Notes: generated by a model not told the origin, from the letters alone. A stretch of 64,000 bases of DNA from an uncultured Spirochaetaceae bacterium (GCA_964390045.1 CAYMGP010000008.1:2726-66725); one strand, 5' to 3'; positions 1 to 10,323 are shown, counted from the first letter of the stretch. A program made the numbers and translations.

Positions 1-116
1 TTCTAAAAAATCAGTAACACAGCACGCTGGCTGTTCCGGTTGCACAGATGGGTGATTCTGGGCCTCGCGCTTGGGAATTGCTGCGTATTTAGTAATAAGG
101 TCGAGAGCGTACAGAA

Positions 117-926
117 TTGGTAAACTACTACGAGGTTCTGGATATTGACCCCGCCTGTTCGGCGGGAGACATCAAGCGTTCTTTTCGAAGAAAAGCAAAA
201 GAGTTACACCCCGATCTGAGATACTCTCAGCGCGAAAACTCCGATGAGAGTATGAGGAAACTTCTGGCCGCATACGAGACGCTGAGCAATCCGAAGAAGA
301 GAAGCGACTACGATCGCGCCTTCGCCCTTTATTTCTCCAAACCCAGATTCGACTATAGAGAGTATCTGCAGAAACGGAAAGACGACCTGAGAGCCCAATC
401 CAAGCTATTATTTTACAACCTTCTGAACTCCGAGGCTGACCAGGCCCTAGACCTGTACGCATCGTTGTCTCAGAATCACGTAAACTTCTCTCTCGAGCGC
501 TATCTCGGTCGTGAGGATTACATGGACTGTGTTTTCCTCCTCGCCGAGGCATTGGAGAAGAAAGGGAAATACATACGCGCCTGCGAGCTGTACAAGCACC
601 TTTGCCTTATGGAATTCGAGGAGCCCTATTTCCATCATTTCCTCGATGAAGTAATAGAGAGACTTAGAAGCATCACCTGCTTCAAGATGGTGACCGCCCT
701 TCCGGCTCAAACCTCGATCCTATATATCAAAGAGCTGATCCACTTTAACTTTTCCCGGAAAGACAATGCCTTTTTTTATAAAAAAATCGCTGAGATTTAC
801 TGCTCCCTCGGGGAGCGGAATCTTGCCCTGCAGTATCTCAATAAAGGTTTGAAGCTCGATCAGAAGCTGCCCGGAGTGAAAAAGCTCAAAGAAAAGATCG
901 GTTACACGGAAATCACCGTGGGTTGA
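117..926 (+). CDS. J-domain (DnaJ-like) protein with TPR-like C-terminal region
   Basis: N-terminal YYEVLDIDPACSAGDIKRSFRRKAKELHPDL matches the J-domain HPD motif; remainder is helical and TPR-like. Apparent TTG start. Confidence 0.6.
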   Translation: MVNYYEVLDIDPACSAGDIKRSFRRKAKELHPDLRYSQRENSDESMRKLLAAYETLSNPKKRSDYDRAFALYFSKPRFDYREYLQKRKDDLRAQSKLLFYNLLNSEADQALDLYASLSQNHVNFSLERYLGREDYMDCVFLLAEALEKKGKYIRACELYKHLCLMEFEEPYFHHFLDEVIERLRSITCFKMVTALPAQTSILYIKELIHFNFSRKDNAFFYKKIAEIYCSLGERNLALQYLNKGLKLDQKLPGVKKLKEKIGYTEITVG

Positions 927-971
927 TGCTATACTTGACAGTGCAACTTAAACGGCGGTACTTTTGGTGAA

Positions 972-2027
972 ATGAAACGCATCAACCTTCTGATCATCAT
1001 TCTTTTATTTGCATCTCAGGCGGTCTTCGCTCAGCTAATCGACAAACCCGTGGCCACGGTCAAGCTTTCCAAGTTTGAAGTGATATCCGTCAAACAATTT
1101 CGACAACAAATCGAAAACCTCGAGAAGCAAACAAAAAACAAGCTCTCCGCACAAGACCGTAGAAGACTGCTCGACCTGCTCGTCAGTGAGATTCTGATCA
1201 ATCAGGCGGCGGCTATGGAAAATATCACAGTAACCCAGAACGAGCTCGATGCCCGAATCGATTTGGCCAGGCAAACGGGCGGGGCAGGGCTAAACCTCAA
1301 TCGAGAGCTTACCGAACAGGAATTTAAATCGCTCCTCGCTCAATCCGGTTTGACATGGGAGCAGTACCTCGAACAACTCGAAAAGGCGGTTCTTCAGCAG
1401 AAATACGTCATGCAGAAGAAACAGGCAACTTTCGATAAGATTGCCGCCCCCACAGAAGAGGAGATCGAGGACTCCTACGAGTCGAACAAGACCGTATTTG
1501 TAGTTCCGGACATGGTTCGCTTCAAGCATATCTACATCGATACCCGTAATCTCGCTTCGAAAGCGGAAAAAGATAAAGCCGAGGTAAGAGCCGACGAGAT
1601 AAACCGGGAGCTGCGTAATGGAGCGACTTTCGACGACCTGGTGGTGAAATACTCCGACGACAAAGCCTCTCGCTATAAGGGCGGTGATTTTGGTTACCTG
1701 AGAAGGGACGATCAAGCCCGCAAGCAGCTCCTGGGAAGAGAGTTTTTCGATACCCCCTTCAAACTCGGAGTCGGTGATATCAGCGGGGTCCTGCAGTCGA
1801 ACATTGGTTTTCACATCATCAAGATTACAGAAAAAATACCATTCCGCCTGCTTGCTCTTGACGACAAGATTCCGCCCCAGAACCAAGCCAGCGTTCGCGA
1901 TCAAATCAGCGCACAGCTCCTGCAGCGTAAGCAGGCCGAATACTATCAAAAGGCGCTCATGGAACTCTTGGAAGAGTTGAAAAAGAAAGCAGAGATAAAG
2001 GTCTTCGAGGAAAATCTGTCCTGGTAG
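972..2027 (+). CDS. SurA/PrsA-family peptidyl-prolyl cis-trans isomerase (parvulin type), secreted
   Basis: Signal peptide MKRINLLIIILLFASQAVFAQ; parvulin-like block GGDFGYLRRDD...GFHIIKI; SurA-like N-terminal chaperone region. Confidence 0.7.
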   Translation: MKRINLLIIILLFASQAVFAQLIDKPVATVKLSKFEVISVKQFRQQIENLEKQTKNKLSAQDRRRLLDLLVSEILINQAAAMENITVTQNELDARIDLARQTGGAGLNLNRELTEQEFKSLLAQSGLTWEQYLEQLEKAVLQQKYVMQKKQATFDKIAAPTEEEIEDSYESNKTVFVVPDMVRFKHIYIDTRNLASKAEKDKAEVRADEINRELRNGATFDDLVVKYSDDKASRYKGGDFGYLRRDDQARKQLLGREFFDTPFKLGVGDISGVLQSNIGFHIIKITEKIPFRLLALDDKIPPQNQASVRDQISAQLLQRKQAEYYQKALMELLEELKKKAEIKVFEENLSW

Positions 2028-2049
2028 TTAGAAAAAGTATGTCACCAGT

Positions 2050-2481
2050 ATGGGCGCCAGAAGAAAAGGGAGAATACTAGCCTTTCAAGCCCTCTACAGC
2101 TACGAGTTGTGCGAACAACAGACAGAAGAGGGTGCAGGCGCGGTGGTCGATTTCCCCTGGATCGACGGCAAAAGCACGAGCAAGTTCAACGAGGAGAGTC
2201 TGGATTTCGGTCGCCTCATTGCAGAAGGTACGATAGAAAATCTTCAGGAAGTCGACGAACAGATCAAAAAACAGCTAGAACATTGGGATTTCTCCCGTCT
2301 CAACAAGGTAGATAAGGCCATCCTGAGAATCAGTGTCTACAGCCTCCTCTACCAAAGCGACATTCCCGCCTCCGTGACGATTGATGAGGCCATCGACATA
2401 TCCAAGGAGTTTGGCACCGACGATTCGTACCGTTTTATCAACGGTGTACTCGATGGGATACGTAAACATATAAAGCCTTGA
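2050..2481 (+). CDS. nusB: Transcription antitermination factor NusB
   Basis: RKGRILAFQALYSYEL matches the NusB N-terminus; ~140 aa; 4-nt overlap with the next gene. Confidence 0.8.
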   Translation: MGARRKGRILAFQALYSYELCEQQTEEGAGAVVDFPWIDGKSTSKFNEESLDFGRLIAEGTIENLQEVDEQIKKQLEHWDFSRLNKVDKAILRISVYSLLYQSDIPASVTIDEAIDISKEFGTDDSYRFINGVLDGIRKHIKP

Positions 2482-4181
2482 AACGAAAAAAATCCAAAAC
2501 CCGTCTTCTGATTTTCATTGCCCTGATCGCTCTTGTTGCTGCCGCCGGCTTGATCTTTGCGCTGCTCAGGAGAAATACAACCCTATCGGTTCGTTCGCAG
2601 AGGATACACGATCTTCTTGCCGCGGCGGATTACGATATCTCCCTTGGCTATTATCGCAAGAGCCTCGAGAGCCTGCAGAAGGCCATGGGCACGGCACAGG
2701 GAGAGTACAATTATCTCAGGATTCTCAAAAGAGCGTATATTATATCAGACAATTTAGAAGATTACTGTATACTGTATAAGCTTTCTCGCCAGGCGCAGGA
2801 AAAGATCCCGGGAAGCAGGGATCTGAAGTGGATATATCTCTATTCTGCCATACGTTGCGAACTGGCAGAACAGGCGGCCTGGAAACAGCTCGAGCGTAAA
2901 ACCAAAAACCAAGACACGCAGTATCTTCAGGCAGAGGCTTACCTTCGAGGTCTCCTCGATGCAGCTGCGGTGCCCGAGGCGGATCTCGATTCGCAGTTGA
3001 AGAGGATTTTGTCCCTGGTACGGCAACGCGATCCCTATCAGCTCCAACGACTCGGCACCGAGCTCGATGAATCCCGGATACAACTGGATGCCGCTGTGCT
3101 GTGGATGCAGGAGGGGGATGCGCAGAGCGCCTGGGCAATCATCGAGGGAAATGAAGAAGACCCATTGTTTACAGAGCCGGGTATCTACATTGCCTACGAT
3201 GCGGGATTCGAGGAAAAAGCGCTATCGTATCTTGAAACGTATCCTGCGACTCTTGACAGAAGCGATCTGCTGATCATGCAAGGCGACATCAACCTGCTTT
3301 TAGGAAACAAAAGCGAAGCGATCCGGCTTTACAAGCGCGTGGTCGACGCAATCCCCGGGTATTCCTGGATACCGTATCTCAACCTTGCTCTCCTTACAGA
3401 GAGCGACGGCGACAGAGGATCTGCTCTTGAGTTTAGAAGAAGAGCGTTTTTGAACTTTCCAGATAGCGAAGAAGTCGTTGTTTCCTACGCACAAAGTCTT
3501 TCTCTGGGCGGGAAAAGAAAGTCGGCCCGCGAGATCGTCGAGCAATACGTCGAAAAACACCCCAGCAGCTACAAAGCCCTGCTTCTGCTGCTCGATCTCA
3601 AGGACACGGCCTCGTCTCCGGCATTGTACCAGGCCGGCCTCTGGAAGCTGTACAATGAGCATCCGGACAGCGCTCTGCTTTGCAGAAAGCTGTTTCTCTA
3701 CCTGATCGAACTCAACGATCTGTCCGGAGCCGCGACCGCTCTCAGGCACTATGAATCGACGGTGCAAGCGATCAAGCAACCGTGGGTGTTCGACTACAAG
3801 GCGCGGCTCGCCGCCCTGAACGGAGATCTCGCCGCAGCCGGCGAGCTTCTTCGGAAAAGGTTGGAAATCTCGGAAAGCTGGCGGGCAAGGTACAATCTTG
3901 CGCTTCTGCTGTCCCGGGCCAGGCAACCCGAGCAGGCGATCGAAGCTCTGATTGCTGCTGAAAACAGCCTGCTGTCGCCACGTCAGGGCGGTGTTGCTGC
4001 AGCAGGTTACGATCTTCGACAATCACAAGCCTTCCGCTCGCGCATCAGATCCAGGATCGGCGAGCAGTACCTTGCACTGGGCGATCAGGATGCAGCCCGT
4101 CGGGAATGCGAATATGCCATAGACCTGGATGTCAGCAACTTCCACGCCCACCGAATTCTGAGAATCCTTGAAGGGGAGTGA
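2478..4181 (+). CDS. Membrane-anchored TPR-repeat protein
   Basis: N-terminal TM helix LLIFIALIALVAAAGLIFALL followed by repeated TPR-like helical units. Confidence 0.55.
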   Translation: MKRKKSKTRLLIFIALIALVAAAGLIFALLRRNTTLSVRSQRIHDLLAAADYDISLGYYRKSLESLQKAMGTAQGEYNYLRILKRAYIISDNLEDYCILYKLSRQAQEKIPGSRDLKWIYLYSAIRCELAEQAAWKQLERKTKNQDTQYLQAEAYLRGLLDAAAVPEADLDSQLKRILSLVRQRDPYQLQRLGTELDESRIQLDAAVLWMQEGDAQSAWAIIEGNEEDPLFTEPGIYIAYDAGFEEKALSYLETYPATLDRSDLLIMQGDINLLLGNKSEAIRLYKRVVDAIPGYSWIPYLNLALLTESDGDRGSALEFRRRAFLNFPDSEEVVVSYAQSLSLGGKRKSAREIVEQYVEKHPSSYKALLLLLDLKDTASSPALYQAGLWKLYNEHPDSALLCRKLFLYLIELNDLSGAATALRHYESTVQAIKQPWVFDYKARLAALNGDLAAAGELLRKRLEISESWRARYNLALLLSRARQPEQAIEALIAAENSLLSPRQGGVAAAGYDLRQSQAFRSRIRSRIGEQYLALGDQDAARRECEYAIDLDVSNFHAHRILRILEGE

Positions 4182-4274
4182 GAAACATGCTACTGTTGCA
4201 ACAGAAAATGCCGGCTGCAAGCAGTCGAGGGCAGATATTCTGATCCGGTCACCGGTTCAAGCAAGGAGCTAATT

Positions 4275-4748
4275 ATGGCCACACGAAATGACATGCCACA
4301 CAACTGCATAATCGGCGAGAATTCTGTTTTCGAGGGAAAATTCTACGTAAGCGGATCGATCCTGATAGAGGGCAAGTTCGACGGAGAGATCAAGACAGAA
4401 GATCATCTGACTGTAGGTCCGAGCGGAAAGGTGAAAACGAACATCTATGCCCGCCGAGTTACGATTGCCGGAATCTTGATTGGCAATATCACGGCGAGCG
4501 AAGAGGTCAATCTATTGGAAAACGGCAGGGTCCTCGGCAATATTAACACGCCCAAGCTGAATGTAGAGGACGGAGTACTTGTTCAAGGAATGGTCACCAT
4601 CTCCAACGGGCGACCGGAAAATGTGTCTCAGCTGATTCGCGAATCGTTCGGTGAAGAAGCGGAAGCTCTTTTTTCCACAGTCCGGGAAGCGACTCCTAAA
4701 AAAGAAAAACCGAAAGAGAGCACACCCGAACCCAATGATAAAACTTAA
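4275..4748 (+). CDS. Bactofilin (CcmA/DUF583) cytoskeletal protein
   Basis: Beta-helical repeat pattern (GSILIEGKFDGEIKTEDHLTVGPSGKVKTNIYARRVTIAGILIGNITASEEVNLLENGRVLGNINT) with a K/P/E-rich tail. Confidence 0.75.
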   Translation: MATRNDMPHNCIIGENSVFEGKFYVSGSILIEGKFDGEIKTEDHLTVGPSGKVKTNIYARRVTIAGILIGNITASEEVNLLENGRVLGNINTPKLNVEDGVLVQGMVTISNGRPENVSQLIRESFGEEAEALFSTVREATPKKEKPKESTPEPNDKT

Positions 4749-5499
4749 AAACTACACTGAAATCGAAAAAATACGCGAAGCCGGCTCAATCCTGGCCGAA
4801 ACACTGGGAAAACTGGAAAAACTGGCTGAGGCGGGAATCACTACGGCTGAATTGGACAGTTTTGCCAGGCAAACAATCCAAGCCAGGGGTGCGAAACCCG
4901 CCTTTCTTGGCTATATGAATTATCCGGCTGCTCTCTGCGTATCCGTCAATGAAGAGGTGATACACGGTATCCCGGGCAAGAAAAAGCTGAAAAAAGGCGA
5001 TATCGTCAGCCTCGATCTGGGCGTAAACCTCGGCGGGTACTTCAGCGACGCCGCAGTAACTCTCCCTATAGGAAATTTATCCGCGGAGCGGGAAAGGCTG
5101 GTGCGGGTAACCCGGGAATGCCTGGATCTGGGAATAGGGCAGGCTGTATGCGGAAACAGAATCAGCGACATCTCGGCGGCTATATACAATCATGCCAAAG
5201 CTCACTCTCTGGCCGTGGTACGGCAGTACTGCGGGCATGGAGTGGGATTCGCCCAGCACGAAGAGCCCCAGATACCCAACTATGTGTCTCGCGGACCGAA
5301 TCCCCGCCTCAAATCAGGAATGGTCATCGCCCTGGAGCCTATGGTAAACATAGGAACCTGGGAGGTCGAGCTTCTCGAAGACAATTGGACAGTGGTAACG
5401 GCGGATCGTCGTCCTTCGGCCCATTTCGAGCATACAATCGCTGTCCTGGCGGGCCATACTGAAATCCTTACGCTGCATCCTTCCCTCGCGCGGGTGTAA
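4735..5499 (+). CDS. map: Methionine aminopeptidase type I
   Basis: MIKLKNYTEIEKIREAGSILAETL is the typical MAP N-terminus, with metal-site-like motifs GDIVSLD and HGVGF. The internal ATG at 4735 is preferred; the ORF-track start at 4651 overlaps bactofilin by ~100 nt. Confidence 0.85.
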   Translation: MIKLKNYTEIEKIREAGSILAETLGKLEKLAEAGITTAELDSFARQTIQARGAKPAFLGYMNYPAALCVSVNEEVIHGIPGKKKLKKGDIVSLDLGVNLGGYFSDAAVTLPIGNLSAERERLVRVTRECLDLGIGQAVCGNRISDISAAIYNHAKAHSLAVVRQYCGHGVGFAQHEEPQIPNYVSRGPNPRLKSGMVIALEPMVNIGTWEVELLEDNWTVVTADRRPSAHFEHTIAVLAGHTEILTLHPSLARV

Positions 5500-5502
5500 G
5501 AC

Positions 5503-6117
5503 ATGAAAAAGATCTTTCTGCCGTATCGCACGGTACGCAACAATGCCATCAAATTGGCATATCAGATCTATAAGTCCGGATTCATTCCCGATGTAATCTA
5601 CGTGTCCCTGCGCGGAGGCGCCTATCTCGGCAATGTAATCAGCGAGTATTTCAAATTCATCAGGCAGGAGGACCGCCCCGTGTACTACGCCTCGGTGGTG
5701 GCCCGTTCCTATTCGGATGTGAAAGTACAGCAGCGTATCAAGGTCGAAGGCTGGACCTACAATCCGGCCTACCTACGACAGGGCGACCGCGTCCTGATCG
5801 TGGATGATATCTTCGACACGGGCCGCACGATCAATCACCTGGTGGAGATCATCCTCAAGATCGGGATTCCGCGCAAAGATATCCGCATCGCGGTTCACGA
5901 CTACAAGATCCGCAACTATGTCGAAGAACAACTTCCCGTGCGTCCCGACTACTACTGCAAGAAACATGTGGTGAATAAGGAAAAGGATGATTTCTGGATC
6001 CACTACAGCAGCCACGAACTGGTGGGCCTCACTCAACAGGAGCGGGAGGAAAACTACTACGCCGAGGACGGCGAGCTCCGCGAAGCAATGGAGTTTCTCT
6101 TCGTAAACAACGAGTAG
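5503..6117 (+). CDS. Phosphoribosyltransferase-fold protein (type I PRTase family)
   Basis: PRPP-binding motif VLIVDDIFDTGRT; ~200 aa. Confidence 0.6.
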   Translation: MKKIFLPYRTVRNNAIKLAYQIYKSGFIPDVIYVSLRGGAYLGNVISEYFKFIRQEDRPVYYASVVARSYSDVKVQQRIKVEGWTYNPAYLRQGDRVLIVDDIFDTGRTINHLVEIILKIGIPRKDIRIAVHDYKIRNYVEEQLPVRPDYYCKKHVVNKEKDDFWIHYSSHELVGLTQQEREENYYAEDGELREAMEFLFVNNE

Positions 6118-6178
6118 ATTTCTATTTGATTGGGCGGGTTAAATCCGCCGGCTCGCTGGATAACCCGCGGCCGCGCGA

Positions 6179-7327
6179 TTATTTGCTGGCTTCCTGCACC
6201 CAGATCCACTCAGGGGACTCGTAGTCGGCCCGCCACAGCCCGGCACCTGCAGTGCAGGCGAACAGGGTATCGGGATTCGGGGTTGGATCGGCGAGGAATC
6301 GGTTGATGCTGCCGTTGCGCATCACACTGATATCATAGTCTGCATAGCGCGTGATGCTGTCGATGCTGCCCGCTCCGAGGATAAAGTAACCCCCGCCCTG
6401 GCTTCCCACGTAGATATCGCTGCTGGTGGTCTCGAGCTCCACGAAGTGGGTGAAACGAACGGGATCATCGTCTACCTCGATTTCGGCCGAGGAGGTCCAG
6501 GTACCGTCGTAAGACCAAATCTTCCCGTCTTTTGTCGACAGATACATTTTTAACTTGTCAGAGGAGTATAGCAATCCGCTGTAGACTTTCCCTTCGGTAA
6601 TGCTCGGATAACCGACCTCTCCACTGTGTTGGGTGAAGTCAGGGGGGGGTGCGACAGTATCCGAGTAGAGGTTCGGGCCGGCGGTTACCCACCGTTCGGG
6701 ACCCGGATACACCACGATGTCGGTGATCGGCGCGGTAGGGTTGATGTCGAAAGTAAGTGCGGAAAACGTCGTTCCAAGAAAATCGGACTCGTACAGGAAG
6801 TATTCTTGGGGCGACACCGAGGTATCCGCCACCGTGACGTAGAGATTAGCTCCCGCCGTCTTGATCATCCCGATCGGTTTATCCACGACTACAGCGTTGA
6901 AAGCCGTGTTGTCCCAATCTCCCTTCGAGGGTGGATTAGCGTCGGTTCTGTACAACCCATATTCGGCTCCGGACATCGAAAAAAAACCGGCGTACAGGTA
7001 TTCGTCGCTAAAACTGTCAATATATACCTCGACGGTGGCGCAGCGCGCGCCAGACTCGGGAGGGGATACTTCCTCCCACTTGGAACCGCTTTCGGTACGC
7101 GTATACAGCGTATCGGCGGCCAAGTAGTAGCGATTCCCGACTTTGACGATCTCCCAGACCGTGATGTTTTCTGCAAGGCCCTTGTCTTCAATCAACTCCC
7201 GCTCGGTCGCCAGGGTAAAGAAGATGGGATCGAGACCTGTGTCGGTACAACCGCTGAGAGCAAAGACCAGTGCAACAATGAGTACTATTATCGGTGCGAT
7301 TATCCGTAGAAGTTTCATTTCAAGCAT
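6179..7327 (-). CDS. Lipoprotein, beta-rich (propeller-like)
   Basis: Lipobox LSGCTDT after a hydrophobic signal; Y/W/G-rich beta-strand composition. Confidence 0.5.
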   Translation of the reverse strand: MLEMKLLRIIAPIIVLIVALVFALSGCTDTGLDPIFFTLATERELIEDKGLAENITVWEIVKVGNRYYLAADTLYTRTESGSKWEEVSPPESGARCATVEVYIDSFSDEYLYAGFFSMSGAEYGLYRTDANPPSKGDWDNTAFNAVVVDKPIGMIKTAGANLYVTVADTSVSPQEYFLYESDFLGTTFSALTFDINPTAPITDIVVYPGPERWVTAGPNLYSDTVAPPPDFTQHSGEVGYPSITEGKVYSGLLYSSDKLKMYLSTKDGKIWSYDGTWTSSAEIEVDDDPVRFTHFVELETTSSDIYVGSQGGGYFILGAGSIDSITRYADYDISVMRNGSINRFLADPTPNPDTLFACTAGAGLWRADYESPEWIWVQEASK

Positions 7328-7331
7328 TCCT

Positions 7332-7943
7332 CTAGAAATTATACTGGGCCGTGGCTGTAATTTCCAAAAAGTGGCCCATTGTAGACTTGCTTTTGTCTTT
7401 CCACGGTTGGAGAATCCACCAGTACACGAAATTCAAACCGAAGCCCCACGATAGATTGTACTTCCAAATCGAGGAAAATCCAGGCTTGATGATCCAGTTG
7501 ATGTGGTTCTGCTCTTCGTAATCGAGAATCGTAAAACCCGTACCTAGATACACGGGAATCTCAAAGGGAAAGAAATGAAAGATATAGGAACCCTTTACGG
7601 TGATGGGCAGCATGTAGAGGACGTTCTCCTGGATGGTTTTTCCGAACATGCCGCCGATCTCGGCACCGACCATCCAATTGTTGCTCAGGTGGATACCCCA
7701 CTGCAGTGATCCGGCGCCTCCAAGCTTGGGATTTCTTGACTCGTAAAAGTCGCCCGTTGCTATGGATTGAATACCAAGCGGGATGAAAAGCCCCGCACTG
7801 AGCGAGATAGACTGTTGACCGAGGGAATAGATAATCAGCGGCTGTTCCTCTTCCGGCTCTTCCTCCTGGGCCAGAATCTGCTGGCAGGGAAGATAGAGCA
7901 GCAGAGCCGCGAAAAGTAAGATCCAAATCAATCGTTTCTGCAA
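7332..7943 (-). CDS. Outer-membrane beta-barrel protein (putative)
   Basis: Signal peptide; alternating hydrophobic beta-strand pattern; C-terminal ...QYNF aromatic terminus typical of outer-membrane beta-barrels. Confidence 0.5.
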   Translation of the reverse strand: MQKRLIWILLFAALLLYLPCQQILAQEEEPEEEQPLIIYSLGQQSISLSAGLFIPLGIQSIATGDFYESRNPKLGGAGSLQWGIHLSNNWMVGAEIGGMFGKTIQENVLYMLPITVKGSYIFHFFPFEIPVYLGTGFTILDYEEQNHINWIIKPGFSSIWKYNLSWGFGLNFVYWWILQPWKDKSKSTMGHFLEITATAQYNF

Positions 7944-8082
7944 AGCATTCTCCTGGAAACCCTACGGTTTTGTGCTTCCAGAGTCTATCACTGTAGGATT
8001 TTTTGATCAAGAACAACGAACCGATAGATATTTTATGACAGATATTCTATAATACGCAGACTTCAAAGGAATTGCATGTACC

Positions 8083-8691
8083 ATGACACGACGGATTGTT
8101 CTTGTATTGGCCGTTGCCCTGCTGGCATCCTGCATCGGAATCGAAAGCGGAATACGCCTGCGCCAGGACGGTTCTGGCGAATTGATCCTCTCCTATAAGA
8201 TCTCTCAATTCCTCAAAGAGCTTGACGTCGGCCGCGAGGATAAGAGACTGCCTCTTCCCGTATCAGAAGAAGAGTTCCGCCGCACGGCGAGCTCCATCGA
8301 GGATTTACGCCTTCTAGACATAGATCAGAGCGAAGATGAGGAAAATGTATACATAAAAGCGCGTCTCGAGTTCGATTCCATAGAAGCGTTGAACGAGCTC
8401 GGACAGGCGGGGGAGTCCGAGCTGAGCCTGGAATCGAGCGGCGAAACAAGCGTATTTCGGCAGGTTATTTCTTCCGGGCAAAACGGTGAACAGGTCACGG
8501 AGGACTCCCTGAAAATGATAGAAACTTTTTTTGAGGGGTACGAGCTTTCCTACAAAATCACAACGCCGCGGGACGTACTGAATCATTCCCTCGGCACCCT
8601 ATCCGAAGACCGAAGGACAGTGACCTATACTGTTTCGGTTGCAGAGCTGCTGCAGGAATCCGAACCCCTCGTTCTCGAAGTTGTCTGGTAA
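8083..8691 (+). CDS. Lipoprotein, hypothetical
   Basis: Signal peptide plus lipobox LLASCIG. Confidence 0.5.
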   Translation: MTRRIVLVLAVALLASCIGIESGIRLRQDGSGELILSYKISQFLKELDVGREDKRLPLPVSEEEFRRTASSIEDLRLLDIDQSEDEENVYIKARLEFDSIEALNELGQAGESELSLESSGETSVFRQVISSGQNGEQVTEDSLKMIETFFEGYELSYKITTPRDVLNHSLGTLSEDRRTVTYTVSVAELLQESEPLVLEVVW

Positions 8692-8705
8692 CAGGAGGAG
8701 AATCC

Positions 8706-9932
8706 ATGAAAAACACTCTCGCTAAGGCGCTCGCTACGGCGCTCGCGTTTCTGTTGCTGATCATCCTGGCGGGATGTACGAGCGCACCCGTCCCCACGAA
8801 GCCCACAACGACAGATACGACCGGACCTGAAGCTTCGAGCGAGCCCGCCGCAGTAGGCGAGGACCGGGAGGAGCAACCGGTCGCACCGGCGGGAGATCTC
8901 GCCGAACGGCTCAACGAGTATCTTGATAATGGACTGCAAAAGATAGACCAGGGAATGATTTCCGAAGGGGTCAACCAGCTGGTCTCGATACTGGCTGAGA
9001 CGGATTCAGCAGGCGATCGATCGGCCGCTGTTCAGAAGGTCGTTGCCACCGCCGAGACCGAGCTCACAAAAATCGGCGCCGGTCTTGAGTTGGAAGCGGG
9101 AACGGAATGGATAGACGCCAATAAGAATCAGATCAGCGGCAGCTCGATCGACGTGGGCACGGAGAAAGCCTTGAATCCGAGCGTGATTTTAACGTTCAAT
9201 TTCGGCGCGGGCAAGGCTCTCGTTACAGGAGCTCCCATCTACTTCGAGTTCGTTCAGGGCTCCGGACTGCTCACGAACTTCGTAGCCACCAGTGACTACG
9301 GCCAGGCCAACTGCGCCATAGCGCGTTTGGAAAATCCAAATGCAGAAACAATCGTGCGCGCCTCCCTGGTCTATCGGGTGAAAGGGTATTCGTATCCCTT
9401 CCAGGGCATCATAAAGGACTTCGTGTTCGTCCCGCCCTCCCGCAAGGCCACTATACTGGTCCTCGAGAAAAGCCAGGATATGATCAACCAAGACCCGGTA
9501 ATCCTCGATGCGGTATTCAACCGTCTCAAGGACATGGCCTTCGACTTCAGTCAGTACAATGCCGTGCTGCTCGGAGATGAGTTTATGAAGGTATTCGGGG
9601 GTGACCCGCAATCCATCAGACAAATGGGATTGGAAAAAGAGGTATCGTATCTTGTGATGGTGCTCAACGATGGGTACTACGTCAACCAGGTGGAGATGGG
9701 AGGGAAAAAATACAACATTTTCAAGTCCAGAACAAATGCCACGACGCGTATCATTCGCGTCTCCGACGGTAAGATCATGTACTCCGGAATCGTTCAGGAT
9801 GTGGGCGGCCAGGGAGGCACTTCACAAAAAGCGGTTATCGACGGCTTCAGGAACGCGGCCGAGGCGATGGCGGGAAAGCTGCAGGCGGACTACTCAAAAA
9901 TAGACGAAGTGCTGGCCGGGTCGACCGAGTAG
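8706..9932 (+). CDS. Lipoprotein, hypothetical, with low-complexity tether
   Basis: Lipobox ILAGCTS followed by a P/T/E-rich linker; 13-nt gap to the upstream lipoprotein gene. Confidence 0.5.
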   Translation: MKNTLAKALATALAFLLLIILAGCTSAPVPTKPTTTDTTGPEASSEPAAVGEDREEQPVAPAGDLAERLNEYLDNGLQKIDQGMISEGVNQLVSILAETDSAGDRSAAVQKVVATAETELTKIGAGLELEAGTEWIDANKNQISGSSIDVGTEKALNPSVILTFNFGAGKALVTGAPIYFEFVQGSGLLTNFVATSDYGQANCAIARLENPNAETIVRASLVYRVKGYSYPFQGIIKDFVFVPPSRKATILVLEKSQDMINQDPVILDAVFNRLKDMAFDFSQYNAVLLGDEFMKVFGGDPQSIRQMGLEKEVSYLVMVLNDGYYVNQVEMGGKKYNIFKSRTNATTRIIRVSDGKIMYSGIVQDVGGQGGTSQKAVIDGFRNAAEAMAGKLQADYSKIDEVLAGSTE

Positions 9933-9948
9933 AACGGGGATAGCTCAC

Positions 9949-10323
9949 ATGCCGATGCGCAAGCTGCTGCATAAGTTCATCAGCATTCTGAGGTTGGAGC
10001 TGGAAGACCTGGAAGATGACGTATGTGACCTGATCGAGCTGCTGGAGAAGCGTAAAGACAGCCGGGAGATCACGAATTACGTGTACCTGGGCAACAAGGG
10101 CGTGTTGATGAACGATATCGCTTGCATAAAAGAGCTTCTCGACGACATCGCCACCATCGATGCCTACAAGTACAAATCCGTCGAAGTCATGATCGAGGAT
10201 GTTGAAACCATAATCGAGAAAAAGATCCGTGAGGGTGCCTTTCCCGAAATGATGCACAATCTGGTACAGAGAAAATTTGACAAGGTCAAAAAATACATTA
10301 TGCAATCACAAGCGGAACTATAA
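9949..10323 (+). CDS. Hypothetical small acidic protein upstream of the V-ATPase operon
   Basis: ORF only; coiled-coil-like; position is consistent with a peripheral-stalk (G/H-like) subunit but no motif support. Confidence 0.35.
   Translation: MPMRKLLHKFISILRLELEDLEDDVCDLIELLEKRKDSREITNYVYLGNKGVLMNDIACIKELLDDIATIDAYKYKSVEVMIEDVETIIEKKIREGAFPEMMHNLVQRKFDKVKKYIMQSQAEL

Noticed and set aside
1290-1949. 219-aa antisense ORF inside the SurA-like gene (similar long antisense ORFs at 3300..4022, 15762..16553, 17190..17639, 55965..56513)
   Set aside because: They lie opposite genes with clear conserved motifs; no RBS or domain signal was seen. Treated as spurious shadow ORFs.
4651-4734. N-terminal extension of the map ORF (MKKRKLFFPQSGKRLLKKK...)
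   Set aside because: It would overlap the bactofilin tail by ~100 nt. The conserved MAP N-terminus begins at the internal ATG at 4735.
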